Assembly (NCBI GenBank): GCA_040954595.2
Contig: CM082579.2
Coordinates: 2,720,345-2,784,344, forward strand
Direction: 5' to 3'
Source: Balanoglossus misakiensis
Taxonomy: Eukaryota > Animalia > Hemichordata
DNA: 64,000 nucleotides
In this document: in pieces, positions 51,395-64,000 of the stretch
How the letters are laid out: every line of letters begins with the position of its first letter
Numbering within the stretch: the stretch's first letter is position 1
The notes under the pieces: model-generated
The model's database searches: none
What the model was told of the DNA's origin: nothing
The model's input: only the letters and a program-made list of their open reading frames with translations
Made by a program: the position numbers and the translations under genes

Positions 51395-53380
51395 TCTCGG
51401 TGGTCAGAAGGTGATTTTTTTTTTTCATGATGGATTTAGACTTGGATACCTTTGAGTGACTTCATCAGTGGACGACTGATTTCAGTGTTGCTGTCATCTG
51501 AAATAATAGATACATATACATATGTCTTTTTTGCATCGAAGGACAACTCATTTCTACGAAGTTTTTTACTAGGAGAGTAATCTTTACCTGCACCAGTATA
51601 AAGTTTATGACATTTAACCCCACAAAAACACATTTACTTGTTCAAACAGTTGTGCCATGATTTGACACAGAAAATGCTGAAGAACAGCAAAAAAGGCCAG
51701 ACTACACAGAGAAATTGTTTCTGAATTATTGCGTGAGATCTACGATTTTAGTCAGTACTTGTTTCTAAGAAATGAATTTCAAACATTTTAACACAGATTT
51801 TTCATATATCTTTGCATAAATCAAACTCTCTCTGTCCTACGCACTGGATTCTGGGATTTTAAAAGCAATGCACAGACATAGGTTTTATGAAAAAAGAAGG
51901 TCAGTTTATTTATAGCTGAGTTGTAGCTGTACATATACATGTAGATAGACAAGAAGTGATATTTCAAGTACTTAAAATGTTTGTCTACTTTTAAAGAAGA
52001 AATATGGTACTATAAAACTGCAAACTTGGACTTAAGTCCATTCCTATTGGTCTAATATATCTAAAGTCTAAAAATGGTGAATATTGGCTGTTTGAAAATG
52101 TCAAGAAGTATAAGAGATTTTATCCACATCCTGACCCCTCTTTAAACAGAACGATTTTCTCATGCCACTGCTGTCTGGTTTAGACAGGTTTGTCTGAATT
52201 ATACACATCAATCTAAAGATTTAGATTTGCGTGAATCAAAAACAGTTCTATGTCAAGTAGTGTTTTATCCATATAAATAAGATAGATGCTGTAGTGGTGA
52301 TGTTTGCCCACTCTAATCAGAAAACTTAGTCTATGAACACAAAGCAATACTTGATAAAGTGTTTATATGTGTTGTATTGTCAAACATTTTTTGAAATTAC
52401 TATAATCAGAGTTGATATAAAAGCGTGTGTTTTGTATAATTTTACAACAAAATGTTAGTTTTGTTCATTGGTGTGTTAGTGTAGGCTCTTTTGGTGTATT
52501 GTACATAGTACATGCTGTTTCCCCACCAGAAATTGCGGTATTGGTCGGTCTAGTTTTCTTGCCTGATCAGAGAACTTTTCGTTGGTTAAAATGTGTGATT
52601 TGTTGTGAGGGCTATAGAATATATTTAACCCAGAAAATGGGATTCTACCACTACATGCTGTAAAATTTAGAAATGAAGGTTTATGAGATGATGTGACTTG
52701 TTGACAGATATGTGAATGGAATGTTATACCAAAGTAAGAAGAGTGTACATAGGTAAAAATAGTTTTAAACCCAAGCCAGCGCAGGAATTTTGGTTCACTG
52801 TAGAGGGCGCCACCATGACCAGCTTTGGCGAGCGCCTGGATCCTCAGCTTCCTGACTTTCTCCTAAGCTGAAGAGCTCTCTAGAAGGGCAGCTCACTACA
52901 AGTTTGGAAACTATAGTCTTTCACAAACACTAGGTAGATTTGGTTTATATACCAATTCAACATTGTTCTTATAGACCTCCACAATACTAGTATTATCAGT
53001 TCAAAGATTTTGTAGACTTGATTTTGTAGGTTTTATCGAATATTGTCAGAATGTGTGGTAAGCTAGTCGTTTTATCTGATGTTTTGAAGATTTTTTATCG
53101 TCAAAGCAGATGTTTGATACAGAAATAATATATAGTGATAATTATATATCAAAACAAAAAGTGCCATATTTTAGCTTCAAAGGCGAGGTTCCAGTATCTC
53201 AGAATCTAATAGAAATGTCTTTTGAATCAAAGGACTCTAAAATTTTTACGAAACAAGTTTGAAAACAAACCCCCTTCAAGGCTGAATCGGCGCTTCATTA
53301 CCTGCTGTGGTTTTCCTTTGGAAACCTTGTGATGATTTGTAAGCAAATCCATTCTTTCAAACATCTGCTTCAAATTTTAA

Positions 53381-53463
53381 CCCTTTCACCACAATGGTTT
53401 GGTCCAATTCCATTGTTTTTAATGGTCAAGTTGGACCTCTACAATGGGAAACGGGTGAAATGG
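53381..53463. mobile_element. Tiny piggyBac-like MITE remnant
   Basis: TTAA at 53377-53380, then CCCTTTCACC ... GGTGAAATGG, then TTGA (degenerate TSD). Internal hairpin GGTCCAA-TT-CCATT ... AATGG-TCAAG-TTGGACC. Confidence 0.6.
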
Positions 53464-54059
53464 TTGAATAATCTTTTTGCCGTGTTTGCTTTGATTTTGG
53501 GCTGGTGATATAGCGTATGTTTTTTAGTTTAAATATTTAATCAGATTGAGACAATCTTGGAAGAACCATTGACTGACAGTTAAATCTTGTAGTAGGGTTT
53601 TGACGTCAACAATATTTTTATGAAATGAACTTTATACAAACTTGCCATGCCTCAATGACGGAGCAAATAAACTATATATACAACAATCTGACAAATAGAC
53701 TTTGTCTTCTATTACTTCAGGTTGTAAGTCTTCTCAAAATCAGAAGAAGTGATTGTAGCTGATCCAAGAACAAGAAATATTTGCTGCAGCTAGTTTGCGT
53801 TAAAGTAGTTTCACGGCAAGTGAAAAGATGACCGTGTTTCTTTACCGAGGTAGCAAGCAAACTTTGAAAGTATCGCAATTCGAAGTTTCATAAGCTCGAT
53901 GTTTGCCGAGTGAGGGCGCTGGTGTATTGAACTTGAATGGAACGTGCAGATGTAGAGATTTCATTGGTTGAAATTGGCCACGTGCAGTGCTTCGCTTCAC
54001 CAGGTGCTTTTGGATGACGACGGCGTATTCATTGCGCGAACCACGTGAAGAAGTGAACC

Positions 54060-54203
54060 AGAAGAAAAACATGAAGACTGGTTGTTTCAGGATTTTGGAG
54101 AACTTCTCAGGGAGAATTTGCAAGAATTGAAGCAGAAAAAACAAGAAGACAATGACTGATTGCTTCGGGATTTTGGAGAACTTCTCAGGGAGACTTTGCA
54201 AGA
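54060..54203 (+). repeat. Two-copy 78-bp-period tandem duplication
   Basis: GGATTTTGGAGAACTTCTCAGGGAGAATTTGCAAGA (~54090) and GGATTTTGGAGAACTTCTCAGGGAGACTTTGCAAGA (~54168), with similar upstream flanks. Confidence 0.75.
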
Positions 54204-56747
54204 CCAGAAGTCGAAAGAGACGCCATCCTGTCAGGCCAGCCGAAGGTCCAATCCAGCAAGCAACAAGTGAGCATACACCATATTATGTTACTGATATATA
54301 ATACTTCATGGTTTATCCTCCCCAGAACAAGATATCATCTCTGTACATCCCTCTACAAACGGTATCGTCATCCTCATTCGTTTCACCGTCTTGTTCTGTA
54401 AAAATTGTATCGTGCCCAGTTATAAATGCAATTGCCCAGTGCAGGGCAATATCGACCCCCCCCCCCCGAAAATATGTTACGGCTGCGCAATGGACGGGAC
54501 TGAGTCGCTATGTGCGCCCATCCACTCGAAAATTTACCAAAAGCTGAAAACCGCGGCCTGCAGAGTTAGGTACAAACGCGTATCACAGTGTTCCCCAGAA
54601 AAGATTTCAGTTTGTCTCGTTCTGCTTTGAGGGCGTGCTCTCGCAAGGGTTTGGTGCCAATCACAGTCTGCTGTTCTGTTCACTGCCCCCCTCATAACCA
54701 CAGATGCATGAAGAAGCCAAACGGTCTCAGCTGTAGTATTCTACAGCTGAGGTCGCGTTCGGTATCTTCAGGCACCTGTGCATTCACCCAAGACAAACTG
54801 ATGACAGAGCGCCCATTTAATATTAACCAGTAAATATTTAATTATTACACGCTAGAGTACAGATTGCACAACTGGAAAATTGTTTAAAAATCATTATGAA
54901 AACGTAAGTTAAAGTAAATGGATGAAGTGCGTATTTGTTAGAATTCCCTTGTTACGAAATTTCATTGTGGAAAGAAATACATTGAAACGTGTTGAAATTA
55001 ATATTCATTGAATATATATTTCGAATTCTTTGAGCTACGATAATTTCGTAATGCCCTTCTGGTATCCGATAAAGCATTTACATGAGATACTACGCAATTC
55101 CATCAAATATTTATACACAATCTTACAAAAGAATGGCGTCTTCTTGGGCAGAATGTACTAGGAAATCAAATTAGATTCCCACCACATCAACATGGCCTTT
55201 ACGCAACGATACCGTTGAGGACGTTACATTACTGATTCATTAGGACGCGCCGGTTACTGGCCCTTCGAGGTTTCACTCGTTTTACTTATCTGTATACGTC
55301 ATTTCTCCCGGGTAAACATAGAATGATTGACGTTTTATCGAAATAGAAAACATCAATAACCAGGAGACTGTGTCCTAGTTTTGAAGTGAGGCAATCATTT
55401 GAACATGATTGGTTTCTGGGTACTGGCTAGCTCTTGACTTATACACTGTTTGGGTAGTCCAGAGCTAGATACTGGCGTGACTAGTGCAGAATAACACAGC
55501 GCTAGCTCAGTAGGTTGTAGAGTTAACTTCTCTTGACGGACGGGCTATTTTTCCACTGTACTTTTGTTACCACGGTTACTCATGCATGTAATGCACTTTG
55601 TTCTCTTGTTTGTATATTATTAATTTATTCGGTCGTTGGACATACATAAAGCTTATTTGGACATATATAAGAATAATTCTTCGATTGTTCACGTCGATTC
55701 GGGGACAACAAAACATTGCTCAGGGGAATATACTAGAGCAGAAACGGTTCAGTGTAATGTAGTGATGTACAGTAATCTACGGTTGTTTATTTGTTTACTA
55801 TAATATGTGAAAGTGTGGTTGTAGATGGAGAAAGCCTATGATCTTGAAAATATCCTTATTTCCATTTCTTATTTAGTTTAGTTCGATGGAAATGATTAAC
55901 ATGACATATATATGTAGCAAGCATTTCGTCCCGGCGATAAACCGAGTTTATCATGTGCTCAGAAAGGTTTCATACACTATGACATGTTGTGCAATCCATT
56001 ACTATAATTCGTATTAATAATCCTTTAATAAGAAATGCTACAGCTGATGAGCTTTTAAATAATAGCTTTTCCGTTTAATCCCAGCAAAGAGCAATCATTA
56101 TTTATTCAATACCCCCTTTCTGTGAATTGATCTGTCATGTTAGTTAATCTGATCCACGTGATGGATGTACAATAACAATTTACAAGTAGAAAGCCACAAT
56201 CGTATTCCGCTATTTGTACAAAATTTGGACTTCATAGGATTAAACCTAGGTTCACGGGAGACAATCTTTCATAATCGATCTGCCTATTGTGGTGGTGTTT
56301 TAATGCAGTTTTGCACTGATGTACATGCCTGTACGTCTAAACATCTCCGAGACTGTACAAATCGCATTGGACTGCCCAGACAAAAATAAATACAGGAAAA
56401 CCATCGCCGTATTTGGAAATGTCGACAACACAATCATCAGCCATTGCTATGTGCACTTCCTAAAGAAATTAAGTTAGAGAAATACTAAATAATATGATTT
56501 TATCCAGTTAGAGGTAGTGCTGTAGATTAACCCGTTCCTTTCCTACTTTCAAAGTCTATGTAAAAATGAAAATATCGTCATTCATTGACACTGCTCGCTT
56601 TTTTGTTTCGCTTCTCTTTAAAACATAATAAAATGGAAAAGTTGTTTAAACAAGTGGCAAGTAATGTTAATGCAAGGATGAGATAAACGACGTGCCTGAA
56701 AATAGCAAAATTGCACTCATTATCACTTATCCACGGTCGCAAGACCT

Positions 56748-57974
56748 TTAGACGTCTTTGTTGTCCGCAGTTTGCGTGACCACCGTGTCTTCCGAGTTGA
56801 ACCTCGCACTGTCACACGAGACCGGCTCGATCGGTATATTGTTGCCGACTTTAGCCGTCTCCGATTTTGAGTAAACGCTACTTTTACCTCCTGTTGTGTA
56901 CGTCGTGCTGTTGCTTCTGGCCTTGTCGTTCGCTTTACTGCCGCAGCAGAACGCCTCGAAGAAGGCGGTCCTGTACCGAGCGCTCATGGCGTTGTACACC
57001 ACGGGGTTGATGGCGGAGTTGATGTAAGACAAGATTCGCGACACCTGCACCCAAGAGGAGTAGATTTCTGGCGGGATAATGCCGTAGTCAGAGTCTGGGT
57101 CGAATATAGGAGCGAACGCCGCGAATTCGAAGGGAAAAAGCAGAAGGAAAAACAGCATGCTGGTCACCACTAACATTCTGACCACTTGATTGCGGGCTTT
57201 TATGCTACTCTTGCTTCGCTGCGATTCCCCAACGCCCTTGTTGTCTCGCGCTATCTTCAGGCAGATCACGGCGTTCAGAATTGTGACGGCTACCATGGAA
57301 ATGAAGAAGGGGAAAACGTTGATTATCTGGCCTGCGTATGTCAAGGGACCGTTGGTTTCGTAGCATGTGTGTATTTGGCTGGGTAGATTCATGTCGCTGT
57401 ATTCAGCGGGCCATACCATGTCCCACTTGGTGAAGTTGCTGTTGGCCAAAATGGCCGGCAGGCTGAATGTGACGCCGACAACCCAGGTGATGAATATCAA
57501 AACCAGCGTGCGCTTTTTGCTGCTCATCATCTGAGCCCTCAGCGGGAACGTGATAGCTATGAAGCGCTCAACGGTGAACAGAACGACGGTGAAAAGAGAC
57601 ACGTAGTATGCGATGTCTGTGACCCCGTACACCATTATACAACCCCACCTGCCCAACGCGGTTTGGTCGAAGACAATAGGAGAATCGTAAAATCGGACCA
57701 GTTTGTCAGCGACAGCGAACGTGATGTACAAACAGTCAGCGATTGCCAAATTAACCAGGTAATAGTTTGTGACTGTACGCATTGACTGCACCTTGGCGAC
57801 CACGTACAGAAAAGCGAAGTTCAGAATTAGTCCCAGTGCAAGAAGTATAGGCATCACTATGGTGATAATTATTTCTTGGTCTTTGGTGTAGAAATAAAAA
57901 GATATGTCGCCGCCTTGCCCCGTATCATTGCTACCTGTGGGTTCAGATGAATTGCCACTGATGTTGGTTGCCAT
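56748..57974 (-). CDS. Class A (rhodopsin-like) GPCR resembling the TRH / neuromedin-U / ghrelin receptor group; single coding exon
   Basis: 408 aa from the first ATG (57974, MATNISGNSS, with N-glycosylation sequons). Seven hydrophobic helices and motifs MRTVTNYYLVNLAIAD, FTVERFIAITFPL, QVVRMLVV, LSYINSAINPVVYNAMSARYRTAF. The ORF track start at 58001 is a TTG. Confidence 0.93.
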   Translation of the reverse strand: MATNISGNSSEPTGSNDTGQGGDISFYFYTKDQEIIITIVMPILLALGLILNFAFLYVVAKVQSMRTVTNYYLVNLAIADCLYITFAVADKLVRFYDSPIVFDQTALGRWGCIMVYGVTDIAYYVSLFTVVLFTVERFIAITFPLRAQMMSSKKRTLVLIFITWVVGVTFSLPAILANSNFTKWDMVWPAEYSDMNLPSQIHTCYETNGPLTYAGQIINVFPFFISMVAVTILNAVICLKIARDNKGVGESQRSKSSIKARNQVVRMLVVTSMLFFLLLFPFEFAAFAPIFDPDSDYGIIPPEIYSSWVQVSRILSYINSAINPVVYNAMSARYRTAFFEAFCCGSKANDKARSNSTTYTTGGKSSVYSKSETAKVGNNIPIEPVSCDSARFNSEDTVVTQTADNKDV

Positions 57975-60900
57975 GGCGACGCTGTCCGTATTTTTTTCCA
58001 ACCGAATCTCCCGATCTGCTGCTTTGTTAGCTTCAGCAACCTACTTCCAGTAATCGAAAGCGTCTCTCAGTCTCCGCCTTGCGCTGACTTTGGATGAGAT
58101 ACCGTGTTGTTCTGTGCAAACAAATGAAAGGCAGAAAAACGACCATTACTTTCGGCGTTGATATTTTCAAACGGGATTAATCAGTCGTGTAAAAAAATCA
58201 GGGTGAGTTTTACCATGCATTAAAAGTTTTACATAAGCGCTATCCTCAACCATATGTTGCATTAAACACAAGAAAGAGCTTCTTTGTTTGCACGTGTACA
58301 CATATGGCGTGGGGCCAGAAAATGACAAAGGATATGCTCAATTTTGTGTCATCGCGTTTAAGTGCCCTCGAATCCGTGAAATCCCTTTCCATCTGCAAAG
58401 GGCAAATGCCTGCAGCTCATCATAGTCGCGTTATCTACAATATATCACGCGAAGGGTTTTAACACCGAGTTTCTGTAACGCTAAATCTAATTGGCGCAAT
58501 TTTCTATGCACGTGACGGACAGATTGCACCAGTCAAAGACATGTCACCATTGAACGACAAATTATCATCATGTCGAGGCAGGTGATGTTTGTTAAATAAA
58601 TCGACACAAAAGCATTTTCTGAACTGCTTTTGAACATAGATGCAGCCAATTTACGCGTGGAGAGGTTTAGTAAGCGTTGTCATGTCACTCTCAGTCTGGT
58701 GGTGTTGTTGAAATCCTCAATGCACGGCTGATGTTTTCGCACAATATGAAGTTACTGACTATAAGTCTACCTTTGTCCATTCCCCTAATCGCATCCATAC
58801 GGTCATGAGAAATGGCATGCCATGGACTCGTTGATAGCAAAATAATATCCCCGTTTAGTATCCGCTCCGAATCTCAAAATGGTCCCTTTTTCACGCAGGT
58901 CACCTATGCGCTTCGGGAACAAATTGTAAGAAAAACGATAGTTTTCCAAACCTTCCGATTCTTCCAAACGTTTGTGATGAGTCTTACATTATTTTTCCTG
59001 ATTTATAGTTTTCATTATTCCTTACAATCCGCGAGCCGTAACACTCTGAGCAAGCACAATTTCCTGATAACTGTCGTCACACAACGAATTGTGTGTATTG
59101 AATTTAGAATGTACGTGTTGGGGCGAAATTAAACCATAGTTTTATTTGCACAGGTAAATGTTGATAACAGATGGCAGCTCAAGTGTAGAAAGTCAATGTA
59201 ACCGATGGAGTTTAAAATTTGAACCAGATATAAAATTTATGACGTGTGCCACTGCAGCGGCAAATATTTGCTCTCATCGTTTGCGGAAGGTCTAATACGA
59301 GTAGATAATTGTGGAAATGTCACAGCAGCGTTAGCACGTGATAGGGGCCTACAACTGTAGGATGATACCAACTGGTTTACTGGTGTCAGTTGTGTTCGTA
59401 GCTTCCTGAAGAATATCGTCCCCATGTTTTATTTTTAAATCAGGAAACAACCAGAATGTTTTCACTCTAAATATCTTTAGGTTGAATTTTCAATTCTAGG
59501 GTACGTGATTTATGTATCGTTCATAGTCATTAAACCTCCTTGAACAAGAACTTTATTTGCTTTGCGAGTAACGGTAATCCAAACGCACCGGAGAACGTAC
59601 TGTGTCCCATATCAAATTGTGAAAGAAAGAAAATTAAGACTTTAAGAGCGGTCTAATAATCTTTATGACTTTTTAGAATCCCCTTGTTGATTTTCACCGG
59701 CATTGCTGGCGTCATTTAAAAATCTAGGCGCGCCAAACGAGAAACTCTCTCTCAATTTTAGTGCATTTAGAGATATGACAATATTATACTAATCAAATTA
59801 TGAAATAACTTATCTCACTCTAGCATGATATCAATAAAAGCATAGCTACATGTGCGCCGGAGTCGTATATCCATAAACTTTTCTCTCGAGATCTCGCGAC
59901 CTTTCTCTGAAGAGAAAGTAATGATTTTTGACAGACGCCATTATGCGTGTTCGTGAACACATCTCTTGCAATGGATAGTTCGTACTAGATTTCCACTTTG
60001 TGATGACTCGCTTTGAATGCAGAGTTTAGGCATTTTCTAGCAAAAAGCATAGCATATGTTCTAGTTACATCAGTTGGCAAACTGATACACAACAGAGTAA
60101 TTAATTTGGCCATACAATGAGTAAACGCTGACAGAATAATGAATGAGCAATTCGAGTTTACGACATGAAATTGCTTTTAAAATTCTAACGCATGCAGTTG
60201 ACGATTTATGTGTCTGAGGTAATGCAATTTTACCGGTATTAAAAAATTACTGAGTAATTCATCATAGTTTATTAAGAAAAATGCGAAAGTGTTTTCATTA
60301 TTTCTATTAGAAAAAAACTTCGTACGCGTGTTTTTTTATTTATATAATATTTTTTTTATTATTAATTTATTTATTCTTTCGTTTATACTGTTGCTTCTTC
60401 TTTAAGGAAATGAGGAATGATGTATTTCGCGAAAATAATTCTGTTATTGAATGGAGAAATCTCATGACAAGAATCAGGACGAATGACCGAATCAGCGTTT
60501 TAATATAAAGTCAAAACACGTAACCACTGGTAGGCCCTATTTGACGTGAAACGCAAAAGTGAAGTTCAGATAAAACTGACGAGCTGTCAGTTCCGTTTAA
60601 TCATTGCTACGGTACTGTAAAGTGCCCCGGTGACGCCGCACTGGAATTGAACTTAAAAGCGCTCAGTAAGATCGTCGTAAATTGGGTTCAGAGTTATTTT
60701 TGCGCGCACGCATGTCACTAGTCAAAAAGTAAAGTAATAGAAAACGCTAATAACCCCAATGCATTAAATGCAAGGTTAGGCCAGCACAATTATTCGGACT
60801 TAAAAGACGTCCTCACGTTTACTTTAAAATTAATCAGAGATCCGCAGTATTGCTTGGCAATGGCCATCTTTAATTTAGTGTCGCGACGGTAACAATGCAA

Positions 60901-63129
60901 AAGATGACCCCAAGAAGCAGCCCCCCTTTCATAACCAAGATTTTGGCAAAAGTTTTTCAACGTCGATAAATGGGCCCACTTTTTAATAGAACATTCCTTT
61001 TCCCTAGTAGTGGCGGAGCTTCTATTTGTGGAGTCTTTGGATGAAATCTTATAGGTGCGTCTGTACTTAAAGTTACAAAAGACTTGTACAACACACTCAT
61101 GGCTGTGTTCTAGCAGAAGTATTCCTCCTCGCCCGTTAATTCACGTCGCCATGACAGCTGTACTTGGTTGGACCAAAGTAATCTTGCACGTATTCTTTTC
61201 CTTCTTGTTAAGAAGCTTTTCATGTCGTACGAGATTGAAATATGCTAGATTAAACAGTAATGGAAAGATGATGTTTACATTTCATCCGAGCCGTCAAATA
61301 GAACTTGCGCTCAAATCTGTAACGCTGTCATTCATCTCAATCTAGAATTACGCCATTAAAGGCGGAGGGCATATTTAAGAGCATTTATTACTGGGTTGTC
61401 TTTTCGTAGCCAGTCTCCATAAATAGAACCGGGGCAATCTGATTATTTAACCATTTCATTCGTGTCATTGCAATCATGAAATTACGAGTCAAATTTCGCG
61501 ACGGACATGGTAGATCAACAGCCTAATGGTGACAAAGGGCAAAACTCGTGTCGTATATCACTGTCAAAGAAGGCCACATAAGACTAAATCTTTACTCACA
61601 ACAGACACTTGGCGGTCATTGATTTTTGTTGCTATGACTACGTTTTTTGATTGAAGAAACTTCAGAGAATTCAGACGACTGTAAATCGCATCGGCTGATG
61701 ATCTGTCTGGGCTTTGATGTAACTTTACAGAAATTACTGCATGAGAAACGAACACCGTAGCTATAAAAAAAATAATGCAGCCGCAGAAAAATCCCCTAAA
61801 GATTGCTTCTCCCAAAACTCATTGTGCGTTTTGTCCCTGTCCCACCATTAAAGTTGACCAGAAAATGCTGATTTCGCTGGCCTGCAAGAAGATAGGTAAT
61901 TGGCAGAAACGTGAGAACTGTACAGTCACGCAGTCACGCGTGTTTCCACCATTTGACACCATGCGTCGCAATCCTAACTTCTTGATTGCGACGAGGTCAA
62001 GCCTAGAGACCACTGAAATGTCAGTGTGTCGATCCTTAGTGGGGCTTAATGAGGTAAAATCTTTTTACGAACAAATCGTCCGGTAAATTACTTGATGTGT
62101 TTCGAAGCGGGACAGACAAATTGCGTGATAATGGCACAGTTTTACACGTCTCGCGTCGCAGGTGTTCTGTTTACTCACCACTATTTCGTAAACGTACGCG
62201 TGAAACAAAGTTCCTGTTACTGGAATTCACTAATTGGATTCATCATTTTCATTGCAAACTTTCATAAATCTGTATATTACTCTGTATTAATGGTCGTTGA
62301 GAAATGTCAGACGGAAAGTACATTTTGTGAGAACCTACTGAATCATCGTCAAGGCGATGTATAAATAATAATTTGAATCTGGGCGTTCACCGTGTAAACA
62401 TGGAGGATCCGGTGATCCAACAGTCTAAGAGTAAGTGGAGTGGACGCTATTCACATCGAAAGTAATTTTTATTCTGATTTATCAGCACGAAGCTGATTAA
62501 CGTGGCCAGATGCTGACACTTATCAAATTTCAGATCATAAGCTTGTTTGAAAAGGATAAATTCATCTAGCGTTATCAAACATGAGCAGCCCATTATTTGT
62601 ATGATGCTTATTTCGAGTTATTTTGGGGTTACTCAGTATCGTTTTTGAATAGAGTAGTTTGTGTAATTTGCTATCGTGACCAAATTTCATAATTGCAACT
62701 GCGTTATCGTTAGTTCCTACAATTTCATCGGGGGAAGTATACAAACAAAAACTATGGTGCGTCACGAGGAACTGAGATAAAAATACAAGTGAATAGTACC
62801 ATTTACAGCAGAACCTTTGTGAGTTTTATTAATATATCATAATATGAGCCCAATTTTATGCCAAGTAATATAATGCCAACCAATCATATAAATGTAGCCT
62901 GCCACAGCGATGGTGCATATATCAGCAGCATGTTGTTCGACCGAGACCACACTAGCATACACAGTGTTTTGTTTGCGTCTAATAACGAATTTCACCAAAA
63001 ACAAGTTTTACAACTCACCACTGATTAAATCATAGCATTCCCCTCGCCAGGAATTAATATTCCAGGCCTTATAAGCAACATATACAAACATAAACTTCAT
63101 TCGAAAAATCGTAAGATGTTTCCTCTCAC

Positions 63130-63300
63130 CTGTAAGTATACTGAAGCTATCCGGGATTAAACGCTCCCAACGATTTGAAGGTCCAAGACTTGGCTCTCTA
63201 ACTGTAACACTCTCTCTGTTGGAGTCAGCTCATACCCGGGGTAAATAAATAGCAAGGTCACGTGATTGATCATATATGTGACGTCAGTGAAATTCATTAA
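63130..63300 (-). promoter_or_regulatory. Candidate promoter and non-coding first exon of the GPCR gene
   Basis: On the minus strand there is a strong acceptor (gtttttctgcctttcatttgtttgcacag) ending at 58112 and a strong donor CAG|GTGAGA at 63130/63129. Just upstream lie an AT-rich box (~63242-63251), E-box GGTCACGTGA (~63256-63265) and CRE TGACGTCA (63279-63286). Confidence 0.4.
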
Positions 63301-64000
63301 AAAGCGAGACCTTAATCCATCTTGCTTTTATTTTCATCGTTTTTCATGTGTAAATATGATTTTCCGAAAGACAAATTAAACACTAGCCGCTCTGTATGTA
63401 ACTTTTAAAGGTATCTAAATAAAACGTGTGTGTAATAGGTATTGCCTATAAATTTGCTGGTACCATTTTCCCTCGCGTGTCCACACTAGTTTGTGGACAA
63501 TGTTGGCGTGGTAAAAGTGACAATATCACGATATTAAAAAAAATGTCGGGGGAAATTGCTTTCTCTTTTCTCTGTTGTCCTCTTATTAAACGATCGATGT
63601 TCAGTATAGTACTGTGTACAGAATTTGGAACGTATTGGAATCGACGCTATGCAGTGCGTCATGGTTTCAACGTTTCGCACAGAGAAGAGAAATTAAGAAT
63701 TATTATATTTCTGTAAATACGTCAAAAGGCAATCGTTGCTTAAACACTGTCACATTGTCTGGCGCGATCAATCAAGTTGATTCGCGAATGCTGTTGCAAT
63801 GGCGTGTTCCAGCGGTAGTGTACATACATTTGTCACATTCGACTGTTTGGCATTAATAAATTGCACTTGGGGTGGAGGGGGACTAAAGAAATCAGCTCCA
63901 ATTACCAACAAGAGTCATAGTCCGCGCTTTATTTATCAAGCCACTATATGCTAGTTTCTGACTCCTAGATCACAGAAGTGTAATGTAAAGCCAGGGATAT

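Noticed and set aside
57975-58001. ORF-track N-terminal extension of the GPCR (MEKNTDSVA)
   Set aside because: It begins at TTG. In a metazoan the first in-frame ATG (57974, good gccATGG context) is the likely start.
1-64000. CRISPR arrays, operons, tRNA/rRNA genes, intact transposase or reverse transcriptase ORFs
   Set aside because: None seen by eye. The window is spliced metazoan DNA with no regularly spaced repeat-spacer array or autonomous element ORF.

Overview
Eukaryotic (metazoan) genomic DNA with GT-AG spliced genes. An invertebrate deuterostome such as a hemichordate or echinoderm is likely, but that is an inference from gene content and repeat style. Layout: (1) 1-17645 is non-coding, most likely one very large intron, and carries a TTAA-flanked fold-back element. 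(2) 17646-34182 (+) holds the last 11 coding exons (~3304 aa) of a Fat4/Drosophila Fat-type giant protocadherin. (3) 36641-42273 (-) holds two tandem 4-exon NXPE-family genes; the downstream copy has lost its presumed catalytic His. (4) 45624-51394 (+) is an 18-coding-exon OCA2/P-protein gene with a minor-spliceosome (U12-type) intron. (5) 56748-57974 (-) is a single-coding-exon class A peptide-type GPCR. All exon chains were assembled by hand and keep reading frame. I found no prokaryotic, CRISPR, rRNA or tRNA features, and no clearly new multi-gene system. The best leads are the NXPE enzyme/pseudoenzyme pair, the U12 intron in OCA2, and a furin site plus an R-x-S-P repeat array in Fat4.
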